From Seison nebaliae (Eukaryota), in assembly GCA_023231475.1 (NCBI GenBank), contig JALJEE010000834.1, positions 1-39,729 of the forward strand: a stretch of DNA of 39,729 nucleotides. Direction: 5' to 3'. A model generated the notes under the pieces. The model was given only the letters and a program-made list of their open reading frames with translations. It did no database searches and had not been told where the DNA came from. The position numbers and the translations under genes were made by a program. Every line of letters starts with the position of its first letter. The first letter of the stretch is position 1. Below are positions 1 to 11,717 of the stretch, piece after piece.

Positions 1-1498
1 ACAAATAAAAATGAAACAAAGTGCAATTATCGTCCGATGAAAAACGATCGGAAAGAATAATAAAAGGAATAAACTTTAATATATTTCTTCAAAAAAAATT
101 TTAACTTAGAAAAACTTATAAAAACTCGGTTGTTTTTTCTCCCCATTGTTATTTGTCTCGATTGTCGTCCGTCCCGACTTTTTTTAGTTTCAAATTGTCT
201 TTTGTCCCAATGGTGATTTGTCCTGATTATCGCATGTTCCATTATTTAAATAAGCTAATAAAAACTTTCTTCAACAAAAGTTTTTATTGATAAAAACTTA
301 TAAAAACTTTAGCAGGAAAAAAGTTTAAACTAAAAACTAGTTTTTACTGTCACCGTACTTCAAGGTCCATTGACAAAATCAGCTCAAAATTTATCCGAGC
401 GTTTTATTCCTTTCACTATAGGCCTAAATTATTCTCAATCGACATGAAAATGCAGCTATTTCATACATTCTTCACAGATTTTTATGGAATTCAGACATCT
501 ATCTCATTTTCCATACAGTCCATGACCTCAATGGATAGAGCATACAATCGGTGCTGCTGCATCTTACTCGGACCTAAACGTCTCTTCAATCAAGCATTTA
601 TGTTCTGCCTAATGGGCATCTCTTCTTTCCCATTACTAATCGTTAAGAGGTATTTGTCAATCGTTTCCGATTTCAACATATCTTCTTTTCCTCATCCGAC
701 ATATGCAGACAGTCCTGCAAAATATTTCTGTCAATATTATTCTTTATTATATCCCACCTGTATGGAAGATTTGGAAGCTTTAGTTATCATTTATTCCTAA
801 TCATCTGAGGGATGGGTTGTCTCGTGGTCGTGATTTTATTTCCAGCAACAATTATTCTTCCCTTATTAATTTTCTTTATGCTTTACCCTATGGGGATTCC
901 GCGTCTTAATAAAAAAAAATATATACATACATATATACTGCTTTTATAGATATTTAAAGACTATCATAATACATGGTAAACTTACAACGCCCAAATTTTC
1001 GTTGGGAAATTTTAAAAAGTCCGGTTATAAAACCGTTTAGAGATAATATAACAAGTGATAAAGTGGTAATTATAAGAGCATATGTATGAACATCGTATAA
1101 GAGTTTCATGGAATAACAATTTATCAAGAACATATTCTGAATTAGAATATATTTGGTCATGTTCGTCTTCAATTGAAACCGTTCCTTTTTTGTTTTATAG
1201 TCAAAAAATAGTTTTATCAAAAGAATGAATAATTTGAATTTAATTTACAATAACTTTCTAAAATAAAATTTACCTTAAACTAACTTCCAAACAGAAATAA
1301 TAAGCTAATATTGAATTGTCTTTGTGATGGAAGTGAACAGAATAAAAAAAGAATATTATTATGATTTTTGCCATTATATTTTGGAGATGAATAATTGTAT
1401 GACAATGGAAAAATGTGAGAAACACATAGAAATATTAATAATAAATAATTGAAACATTTAGCCTGTTTCCGTTTTAATTAATGAGAGAAATTAGTTGA

Positions 1499-3088
1499 AT
1501 GCCTCTAATTGAGAGAACGGTTGAACCAGTAAACATTTGTTTACGACAAGAAGCAAATGTAGTTTTAACGGATCATAAATCGAGAAATAATTTATGTTTG
1601 GTCAATTTCATCGAACAGATTGGAGACTTAGCCAGAAATGTTGAATCCATCTTCTCCAATCTCATAACGGAAGCGACGAAAATTAACGAGCGTACAACTC
1701 AATTGAATCATCGAGTGAGGAAAGTGGAGGAGTCGTTGAAGAATCGTAATGAATTTTCTTCGACTTTCTTCGAGTACAATTGTGAGAATGGACGAGTGAA
1801 ATTTCCCACTCATTTCACTTCAAATTATCGATCGCGTCAATCGATTATGGCACATTTCCTAATTCCTGAAACGAGAACAGAACCCATTCATCATTTATAT
1901 GATAAAGAAGCAAAAGCAGCACCAGATCTCCGTCGATTCAATCCATTGCGTGATGATAATCGAGATGCAATGAAATTCTATACGGATGCTCAATTATTTG
2001 ATCGAAATTGGACGGAAGAAATTCGTCAAATGACTAAACGTTGTCGTTCCATTGATAATATTTCTTCTGATGATAATATCGATGTTCAACATCATCAATC
2101 CAATCAACAAATTGAAAAGAAAAATATACAATTTCAACAACAACAACAAGTTAAACCAATTCCATTTGAGAATGAACAAATTTATCATGAACAAATTAAT
2201 TATAATAATAATAATAATAATAATAATATGATGGATATGACAATGGAAATGAGAACATCGAATACGTTAAAGAGACCGATGATTGCACCACCATTGCCTC
2301 CATCAAACGACCAACAGTTCCTTAATAAAAAAACGGATATCACAAATTTACCGTTACCATCTGATGAGTTGATGAATTGGAATCGAATCAATTCACAAAC
2401 TATTCAACAAAATCAGATGGCGAATAATAAACAATTAAATCAAGTGGATAAAGAACCTGTTCATTCGGTTACGCCTGTCGTTCAACAACAAACTCCTTCC
2501 ATTCCCAATACCGTCATCACAACATCATCTTTCGACAGATCGATAAAATCAGAATATAATCAACAATCATCATTAGTATCATCGACGAACGTTTCTCCTT
2601 CCACCATAACATCCATATCAACAACTACATCTCCCACAAAAACAACGACGGTAACAACACCAATCGGCAATGGACCTCCACCACCGCCTCCTCCTCCACC
2701 ACCACCGCCACCGCCACCATCAATTGATGAATTAATCAATCATCAGATCGAACCAACTGAGAAGAAAATGGTAATAAAGAAAACGGAGAAGAAATCGACT
2801 CTCCCACCAGTCGATGGTAGTCGTACCGGTTTATTGGACGAAATAAAAAAAGGAAATTTCGGATTGAAACATGTTGAAAAGAAGGACAATGGACGTCCGT
2901 CCGTCAACGAACCAAATAAGAAGAATTGTCTGAACGATTCTAATTCGACATCTAATGGAAAATCACCAAATCCAGATATGATCGATATGATAGAAATGTT
3001 CAAACAACGTTTCCAAGTGATGCAATACTCGTCGGAGGATGAGAGTGATAGTGAAACTGATTCGAGAGAATGGTCTCCTTCGCCGTAA
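1499..3088 (+). CDS. WASF: WAVE/SCAR (WASF family) Arp2/3 nucleation-promoting factor, 529 aa, single exon
   Basis: N-terminal SCAR/WAVE homology domain (MPLIERTVEP...IEQIGDLARNVESIFSNLITEA...; PDLRRFNPLRDDNRDAMKFYT..F..W); poly-Pro tract; WH2 (SRTGLLDEIKKGNFGLKHV); central helix (MIEMFKQRFQVMQYS); acidic tail with Trp (SEDESDSETDSREW). Confidence 0.96.
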   Translation: MPLIERTVEPVNICLRQEANVVLTDHKSRNNLCLVNFIEQIGDLARNVESIFSNLITEATKINERTTQLNHRVRKVEESLKNRNEFSSTFFEYNCENGRVKFPTHFTSNYRSRQSIMAHFLIPETRTEPIHHLYDKEAKAAPDLRRFNPLRDDNRDAMKFYTDAQLFDRNWTEEIRQMTKRCRSIDNISSDDNIDVQHHQSNQQIEKKNIQFQQQQQVKPIPFENEQIYHEQINYNNNNNNNNMMDMTMEMRTSNTLKRPMIAPPLPPSNDQQFLNKKTDITNLPLPSDELMNWNRINSQTIQQNQMANNKQLNQVDKEPVHSVTPVVQQQTPSIPNTVITTSSFDRSIKSEYNQQSSLVSSTNVSPSTITSISTTTSPTKTTTVTTPIGNGPPPPPPPPPPPPPPPSIDELINHQIEPTEKKMVIKKTEKKSTLPPVDGSRTGLLDEIKKGNFGLKHVEKKDNGRPSVNEPNKKNCLNDSNSTSNGKSPNPDMIDMIEMFKQRFQVMQYSSEDESDSETDSREWSPSP

Positions 3089-3455
3089 GCGCAGAGAACG
3101 ATATCATTTGATGAGTATATCTCATATGGCACCAACATCCTTCTTATCAGTCGAATTTTTATGAGAATTTCCATTTATCATCATTCCTCTCCCAATTTCT
3201 CAAAGTCATTTCTTCATTATCATCTAATAAACGAAAAAAAAATCTTCTCCTTTTTAATAAAATCATTTAACTGATATTGCCCAGCTATCTGCCCTCGTAC
3301 ACATAATCAACATCGCTTGTTCTAATTAAAAAAAAGGAAGAGAATCGGAGTTGAAGATAAGGAAAAATGATCTCTAAAAAAAGAATTCTCATTTTTTTAT
3401 TTTCTGTTAAGAAAAATTTATTTTTTCATCAATAGTTTAAACGAATTTCTATGAA

Positions 3456-4400
3456 ATGATTCTTTTCCGATCGCCAACGTTTCTCCTTTTCCTCCTTCTA
3501 ATACTCTATCTTTTCGAGACGAAAGACGCATCACTTCGTAAACGAAAGAAGTTGAAGAAGAGAATTTCCTCCATTTTCAGTAAGAATTATTTCCATAATC
3601 TCTTCCGAAAGGAACGAATTGACGATTCTCCCATCGATAAAAATTCTCCAATCTATCAGGAGAATAAGAAGATCATTCGACGACTCAACACAGCAAAATC
3701 ATTAGAAGAATTTGATCGATTTTATGATCTGCTTCAAAGTTTCTACTTTTCTTTCTCTTCCGGAGAGAGAATAATTCTTTTCAGAAAATAATGTAACGAA
3801 AACGGAATATGATGAAATAATGAATGAATGGTATGAGGAATTCCCTCAGATCGATGACAATCGACCTGTTCAACAAGCTGCTCTACCAACTTATCAGAAC
3901 ATCGGTCGATCAATGATGAGAAACGTACAAATCACATATAGTGACCAGAAAGAGATTGTTGAATTGCCCAAGAAGTTAGTGGTGGATACATTTGAATTAG
4001 CCATTCAATGTACACCACAACCGACTCGTGTCGTTTGTCCAACTATCCGTGACATTAGGAATTATATGAAACAAGATAAACATAAACCAGACGAATCCAT
4101 TTCAACGATGTTAGAGAATGACAAGAAAGGAATAACGATCTTGAGGAAAGTTTTTCCCACTTGTATCGATCTGTTCGAATGTGCCGACAATTGTGCCTGT
4201 CCCTTCAAGACAACATGTCAACCAATTGTTCAACAATCTTTAATTACAATCGTTAATTATTTCTCTTATCATTCTCTTTATATTTTTTTCTTCAGTGGTA
4301 TGTCATGTTGTTCGATCCGGAGAACCATATAACAAGCAAGGGATCGGTCAGATTAATCTTTCGGAATCATACCGAATGCGCATGTGCCAAATCGAATTGA
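3456..4400 (+). CDS. Secreted PDGF/VEGF-like (Pvf) cystine-knot growth factor, about 284 aa; exons 3456-3738, 3785-4251, 4296-4400
   Basis: Hydrophobic signal peptide followed by a basic stretch (RKRKKLKKR). Two GT-AG introns (3739-3784, 46 nt; 4252-4295, 44 nt) join the two track ORFs in frame and add the terminal exon WYVMLFDPENHITSKGSVRLIFRNHTECACAKSN*. Motifs CTPQPTRV, FPTCIDLFEC..C.C....CQP and FRNHTECAC match the PDGF/VEGF domain pattern. Confidence 0.82.
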
Positions 4401-5172
4401 TCCAAATTGACAGCTATCGATTTTCCGATTAATTAAACTTTTACGAACATTTCTTCAAAAGAATTAACGGTTTTGTGAAAACTAAATTCGAAATTAAACC
4501 AATCCCCCTTAACCAAACTATCAACTTTTCTTCCTTTTCTCTTTAATTTTAACATATTTAGTATATAGTTTTCACTCAATTAGTTTTAGGGAATTTAGAT
4601 TGTACGTAAGCTACCAGTTAGTTATGAATCCGGTCGATTATTTTCAACTTTTTTTAAAATTTCCTGTTTTTGTAAGAAGTATTTAAGATATGATGTTGAA
4701 TTTAACAAATATAGAAAGAGCTTGAAATGCTCTACAAGACCGTTCTTTTTAAATTACATATATTTAAAAAATTTAATTAAAACTATAGACTTTTGTTTCT
4801 CAAAAAATTTTAAAAATTCAATTTTTCGGAACATTTTCAATTCATACTTAACTACATAGGCCTTTTACCCCAACCAACTAGAATCTAATCAATCTAGAAT
4901 CTTACTAGAAGAACCAACTGAAAAAAAAAAGTATGATAGAATTCATTTTGAAAATGATGAATTATTTACAATAAAATGATTGTTAGATAGGAATAAGTTA
5001 TTGTATTTAGAGAAAAATAAATAAAGTGTATAAGAGAAATTTTATAAAAAAGCTGTTAGTAAAATTTGAAAGGTCAAACTGAGTGAAAGAAAGCCATCAT
5101 TTGATTTCATATCAGTTACTTCATCATTAGAAAAATGAAAAATTGTTTAGAAATGAAATAATAATTTTGTTT

Positions 5173-5736
5173 CTATCTCACACTATTGTCATATATACCC
5201 AGCATCAGATCTAACTCATTATGTCTTTGATAAATATGCCTTGGAAGATTTTTGAAAACTTTCGCACAAAATGGACATTCCGTTTTCTGATTCTTTGATC
5301 GCTCGTCCAAATGTTTTAATATTATATGTTGAGCTAGTTCGTGGTTACTTGTGAAGAACGGAGAACCGCAATAATCTTTCCATGGACATTTTAGTTCGAT
5401 ACCGTTCTTACATTCATGATTGTGGTCAAATGACTTCAAACCATCATAGGTGGCATATTGACATCGATAGCAAACCAGTGCTTTGGCTATCAATAAACTT
5501 GTATATTGAGTATCCAACACTTCTGGCAACTTCCTACCCCTATTAAATCCTCCTCGACACATCGGACATGTGCTAAAACCGCTAAAAAGGATTGACTTGA
5601 AACACCAATGACAGATTTTATGATGACATGGAGTTTCCAATAAACACGTAGGCACTTCGTAACAAATGACACATATATAATCGTAGAAAGTTGTTGCACT
5701 AATTATCAATCTTCCATGTATATCAAACTTGTTCAT
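5173..5736 (-). CDS. C3HC4 RING finger plus C2HC and two C2H2-like zinc fingers (RNF114/125/138/166-like E3 ligase), 187 aa
   Basis: RING: CVIC..PCHHKICHWC..CPMC. It is followed by CYRC..H..C, CPWKDYC..LAQHIILKH and CPFC..LPRHIYQRH, the domain order of the RNF114/166 family. Confidence 0.8.
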   Translation of the reverse strand: MNKFDIHGRLIISATTFYDYICVICYEVPTCLLETPCHHKICHWCFKSILFSGFSTCPMCRGGFNRGRKLPEVLDTQYTSLLIAKALVCYRCQYATYDGLKSFDHNHECKNGIELKCPWKDYCGSPFFTSNHELAQHIILKHLDERSKNQKTECPFCAKVFKNLPRHIYQRHNELDLMLGIYDNSVR

Positions 5737-8700
5737 GTTTTTCGCCGAACTACTATTCGTTCAAAATTATTGAGAATGGGAAATACTTGAAAAAAAAAGT
5801 TTTTCGCTAAAAAAAAAGTTGAGAAAAGAAACTTTTTAAAAGAAAAGGGTATTTAATGGAGAGAAAACTATGAAGAAATACGATTGACATTGGTCAAACG
5901 GGAAGAGGAGAAGAAAATAGAATGTTTCATGTCAAAAAAATTTCTTGTTCTGTACAATAAGGGCTTAGCAAATGAGTCATTTGATCGCTAAACAAAAAAT
6001 GAAATGTTAATCTAAAAAACTGAATTAATTTGATGTATGACGAGTATCGAATGGTTTTGGAAGAAAATAGTTTTAGAATAGTTGGCTCATCAGAGAGCTG
6101 GGTTTATTTGATTCAATGAGCTTATCTGAAGATTAATCACCAGAACTCGTTAAGATAAGAGAAATGGGAGATCGGATGAAATTGAAGTAAAATTAGTTTC
6201 GATTTGAATTTTTTCTCTTCCTCCATGAATTTGATAGGGAGGGAAGAAGAGATTGAAGGACGAAACGATAAGATTCATTCAACTTTTCATCGAAGTGTTG
6301 ATGTTCCATAAATGGATTTGTTGATTCGTTTTTTATTTAGATGAGTGATGAATGATCGGATGGATTTGTGAAGGATAATAGATAAATATTTGAAATGGGC
6401 TGAGTGAATCAGCTTGAAACGAGACCATATTAATCATTTGAGGCAGAACAAATAAATAGAGTTGTCTCTAATCGAATTCTTTCACTTATTTCTGAGATAT
6501 CTCTGGAAAATGATTCGTATATTTCGTTTTTCTCCCATAAGAAGGAATAATACGGAAATAAATATATCCGATTAGCTTTCTCCATCTCTCCCCAATCGTC
6601 ATTCTGTTTCTGATAAAGAAACGAATTTCGCCTTTCTTATGTAAATAGACGTGAATTGAAATGTGAATGAAATTCTCTTTCCGTGTGGCAAGAGGGCGAA
6701 TTGATTCGTATCGATACGATCAATTTAAAAGATAAAAGGATCATTCTATCAACATCTAATTTTCATCTATTCTATCCATTTATTATCGAGTTTAATAAAC
6801 CATCATCCTCACCAATAGTCGTTGAGGAGAAATATCGAGAATTGAATAATAATGAGAAAATAAATATAACAAAGAAGGAAAAGAAAAAGTTCGATCAGTT
6901 ATTGATTTTATATAAATTGATTAGTTTTCTTCTTGTTGTTGTTGTTATTGACGTTTGGGATAATGTCATTAGAAATAAGAGAAATTACAGTGATATGAGA
7001 AGAACTAACACATATGTGACCTCAGACATAAACATTAATTTTATCCGATTTCCCCTCGATTTCTTACTAGCCTATTGGATGATGTTATGATAAGAATAAA
7101 ATAATATAAAAACGTTGACAAATATTTGGAGTAAATATCATGAATGAGTATTAAAGATTGTTGCACACATACGACCTCTTCGATGACGATTATGATTATG
7201 ATTGTTTCTTTTACTAATTCTCTTTTTTTTCGTCAATCCTTTTTCTTTTGGTTATTCATAAAAAATTTCAATTATTCATATTCCTTCGGTACAAAGCTTA
7301 CCTGGCCCGACTCTGTATATGTACATGAGTTTTAAGTAAACTGAGCTAACTCATTCGTTCTTCTATACCATCATCTCGCCTTCTCGTCTGTTCAGGAAAT
7401 GTGAAACATGTGTCGATTTGGAAACTTTCCCTATTATTTTTCGTCATTCTTCTTCAAAATTAGAAGAAGTTGAATGAATGGAAATGAACGAAAAGGAATT
7501 TTAATCGTGACAATATTTTAAGAAACGAAAAAAAATTACTTTCTTTTCATTCATCTCTCTCATATATATATATATATTCTCCTCTGATTACAAATCACTC
7601 TCAGTCAATCATCATCATTGTTGCGGTTTACCTGTAAATGTGTTTAATTCATCTAATCTCTCCTCCCACCACCCCTCTTCTCAACGTGAACATGTTAATG
7701 TCTCATCTGTGGTGTTGTATACGAGAAAATTTCTCATTCGCAGTTCAAACATTGAGTCAATTCGTTCAAATTGTTAATGCGTCATTATTATGATAATTAT
7801 TATGATTATTCCCTCCCTCCCTCTCGTCATTCGTCTCGTCCGACGGAGAGAGAAAGAGCTCAATTCGATTTTGTTTATCTCTCTCAAACCATTTCAGTCA
7901 CTTCGAACAAATTATGTTTCTAAATCAATACAAATTTGATAGAAGGAAAATAGAAGAAAATATTTTTATCAATAATCACGCCTCGACATCAAGACCAGAT
8001 ATGATCATCATCTGTATCTTTTCCTCATCTGAATTTTTTGTTTTGTCATAGGATCCATTATATAACAATTGTTAATGTTGTCATAACGAGATGATGCTAA
8101 GGATAAATATGATAAGCTGCCTAGTAAGACAGAAAGGAAGCCGAACTATTTAATCATTGAACGGAAGATTTCCTTCGTAGGAGAATGCTTTCTCTTCGTT
8201 GATGTTATTGAGAATGTTGTACAATAATTGGATTTTTTTTTGATTGATCTGTCATTTGGAAAGTGATTATACCATTTCTCCTGATTGGTTAACGATAGAA
8301 AACAGAAGCGTTAATCAGTTTTCCATGGGAATGGATGATAAATGAGAATTATACTTAAAACATTATTCATTTCGCTATTTCATCAAACAAAAATATGGAC
8401 TAGTCAATGTTAGAGAAATTACTCGATAAAGTCGAATCAATACTACTAGTTGTAGGGAATAGAAGTATTAGGTTTCTATAATTCCTATAAAGAATTTCAT
8501 AAAGGGTTTCCTAAAAGAAATTTCTTGGAAAATATTCTCGTCAATCGCTTAATCATTTTCCTTTCCTTTATTTTTCTGTGTACTGGTAGTGTGATGTGGG
8601 TGAGGGGCCACTTAATTTTGGGTACTTTATCAAAAAAAAAAGTAGAAAGATGCATGGATATGTATAATATTTAAACGCGTCTTATGATGTCAGTTGATTA

Positions 8701-9562
8701 TTGTTAGATTGATGTAAGAGTATATGTGATTGAGTAAACAAACACATTCTTCCACATCGCCAACTGATGATTAGTGAGAGAGGAGGGGGAACAAAATAAG
8801 AATGACGTATAAACGATAAAGAGATGGTTCATTTCGATTTCTTGTAATTTTTGGTTTAAAGCAGAAAAATGGAAACAAAAAAGAGTTAATAGTTGATATT
8901 ATATAAATTTTCATCATTACGATGATTATGAAACGGACACTCATCATTTTCAATATGAATGTTTATTTGTAAATTGTAACCGAATATAATTGAGAATGGA
9001 GTGAGATAATCATCTGATCATACTATTAGATAGGTTGCTTAGAGATGCGATCGAATCGTCCCGTTCGATTCGGTCCATGCAAATTCAAATAGATCAACAA
9101 ATTTTTTTGTTGATTTGTGTGTATCTCTCCTATGTATATTTTGTGCGACCACACGTCTATTGGAAATGGAATAATTTCATCGTGTTGCCTTTAATTCTCA
9201 TTCGGATACGTAAGTCAGCTCCCGAATATGTGGGAGGGAGATTAGAGGGACAGTGGGAGGGCATCGACGGATATGTTTAGTATAAAAGTGAAAATGACGT
9301 AACCTAATTCTGCCAGTATAATTCTCGATATTTGTTATTCTCTTCTCTAATGAAATTATTCATATTATCATAATATTATCGTCCTGTAAAATTGTTATTG
9401 GGTAAATTAAATAAGAATTGAGTGAATTATATAAATTCGTCCGATTTCTCTTCTCTCCCACTCATACTCTCCTCCAATTGATTATCAATAAAATTATGTA
9501 ATTTAGTTTGTCGTACGGTTTTCTTCTCATCTTTCTCCCATTGTATCACGAAAGAGATGAAT

Positions 9563-9592
9563 AAATGAATGAATGAATGGATGGATGGATGG
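9563..9592. repeat. (GAAT)n/(GGAT)n microsatellite
   Basis: aaatgaatgaatgaatggatggatggatgg read directly. Confidence 0.8.
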
Positions 9593-10970
9593 AGAATATG
9601 TTGATGACAATAAGAACGAATTAAATATTTTTATTTGAATTGTCATTCATATGATTACATCATAATTATGATGGCTATGGGACGTCGATAATGACAGTCT
9701 CCACTTTCTCCCTCCCATTCTACCATCATATGATTTTTATGATTGGCCACTGGTCAGTTATATGGAACACTTGAGTATGGTTCAAGTAGATGTTATTATT
9801 TCTTATGTAAAATTCGAATAGAATTCCCTTCTATTATTCTCAGACGTACAACTTCGTTTATCCTTTCCCCTCCCCCCCAACAAACCGACAATGATCAATT
9901 TCGTAAAGACGATGATGATGATGTAAAAGAAGAACCCAACAACAAGATAAGTAAATAAGTCAAATTGATAAATAGATTTCGTTCTTTTCCATTCGATCAT
10001 TCGTTCATTCCATAATCGATTTTATCATCATTTCTAAAGTTTGTTGATGGTGGAGATGTTGAATGCAAAGGAGAATATGTTATTTGATTAACCGATGATC
10101 GATGGGAATGGCAATAGTTGTGAGGATATGAAGGATGTGTTACTTTCAATTTTTGTCAGAACGTGATGAAATGAATGATTATGTGAAGGAAATATTAATG
10201 GTTTGGAACATTGTTGTTGATGATCAACTGATTTCGATCAGTGATCGATAATCAATTTCTATTTTATTGACTAATGGCATTAGGAGAGGAATGGATATTA
10301 ATTCTTCTGAATTACATTGACATAATTTGAACTGATAACGATAGAGAATAAGAAGATTGTTTCATATTCATTATTCCATATGGAGACACACGATAATTAT
10401 TAACATTACACTATTTTGACGTCAGTTCCCTTCAGTTGATTTAATCGGTTTTTTATTTAAATTCAACTTCCTCTCCTCGTTAAACGACGGGAATAGACTT
10501 TAATGAAGTTTCGTTTTCTCCCAGTTCGATAAGTATATCTCTCACGTTCGTCTCTCCAAAAGACATATACACCAGAACACTAGAAAGATTTCCTTAAATT
10601 CGGAAGAGTAATAATTAGTCGTCATCGTCGTCGTCGTCATGCCAACCGACTTGTTGTGTCAATTAATCAATTAATATTTTGGAAAGAAAACTATTCCAAT
10701 TCCTTTCCACTAGCCTTCTGTGCGATGATCGACCCGCTGCGTTTATTTAGTTTCACCACTCTCTCCCCCCTCTTTCACTCAACTCCCGACAAGTCAACTT
10801 TGTACGTTTATTTTTACTTTTTTTTTTGCAATTGCACTTCGATGAACCATGAACTGGCAGTCATTTGGAAAATAGAAGGTGAGAAATGAATGAATTCCTT
10901 ATTACTTTTTTTCGAATTATAAATTATTACTCCTTCTAGTCAAGAAAGGAGATATGCCCCTTGTGAATTC

Positions 10971-11008
10971 TCTTCTTCTTCTTCTTTCTTTCTTTCTTTC
11001 TTTCTTTC
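10971..11008. repeat. (CTT)n/(CTTT)n microsatellite
   Basis: Pure pyrimidine tandem repeat read directly. Confidence 0.85.
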
Positions 11009-11717
11009 CTCTATTGATAATAAACAATTATCATATACATCTTCATCACCTTCTATTGTTGTCTTCTGTTTATCATTTAATCAGTTGGTGGTGGTAGCCG
11101 CATCTCCTCGATCAAGTAGAAAGTTTGATAATCTTTTCATTCGTAGTGTACGATCATCTAAAACACAATACTTCCACAAATAGATTGCTAAAATATTTCT
11201 CACTATTTGTTATGCGAGTATTAATTGAATGAGAGGAATTATGTAATATAATAATTATAATAGTAATTCGAATCATGATGAGTGAAGTGGAGACGGACAG
11301 ATGATGATGTCGATACAGAAAAAAAGAATTGAAGAAAAGAATGTCTATTTCCTCATTCCATTCCTTTTCTTTACTTTGTTAGTTGTTGATAAGAACATTC
11401 CAGTCGTTTAGTTTAGCCTAGTCAATAGTTGAATGTAGAGTTAGGTTAGCTACGTAGCTAACTAGAATTGAGGTATAAGTAATTGTAACTCACTAGTCAT
11501 ATCTCTTCAATTTATTTGAGTAGAATCGATTTAGTTTCCGTAATTCTTTCACTTTCATTCCAAAGTATTCTTATCAATTAATTATCGATCCGTTATCACA
11601 ATCGATTATTTTCATTTGCCATTGGCATATCCAGTTCTTCCTTCTCACTTCCTATAACATTTCTTCTCATAACCTAATTCTCCTCACACAGAACATTCTA
11701 TCGACGAATAATGTAAA

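Noticed and set aside
1..1330. Track ORFs 27-242, 444-800 and 954-1220; AAAAACTT-type repeats; palindrome TAAAAACTAGTTTTTA at 331-346
   Set aside because: No recognisable protein motifs. Possibly transposon debris, but no paired termini or TSD could be shown.
7297..7420. CTTACCTGG resembling the U1 snRNA 5' end
   Set aside because: No U1-70K loop (GATCACGAAG-like), U1A loop (ATTGCAC) or clear Sm site and terminal stem. It reads equally well as a canonical minus-strand CAG/GTAAG donor or chance.
6683..10889. Short track ORFs in the long intergenic region (6683, 7144, 8771, 9035, 9743, 9803, 10656)
   Set aside because: Several start at non-ATG codons, composition is low-complexity AT-rich, and no motifs or consistent exon chain were found.
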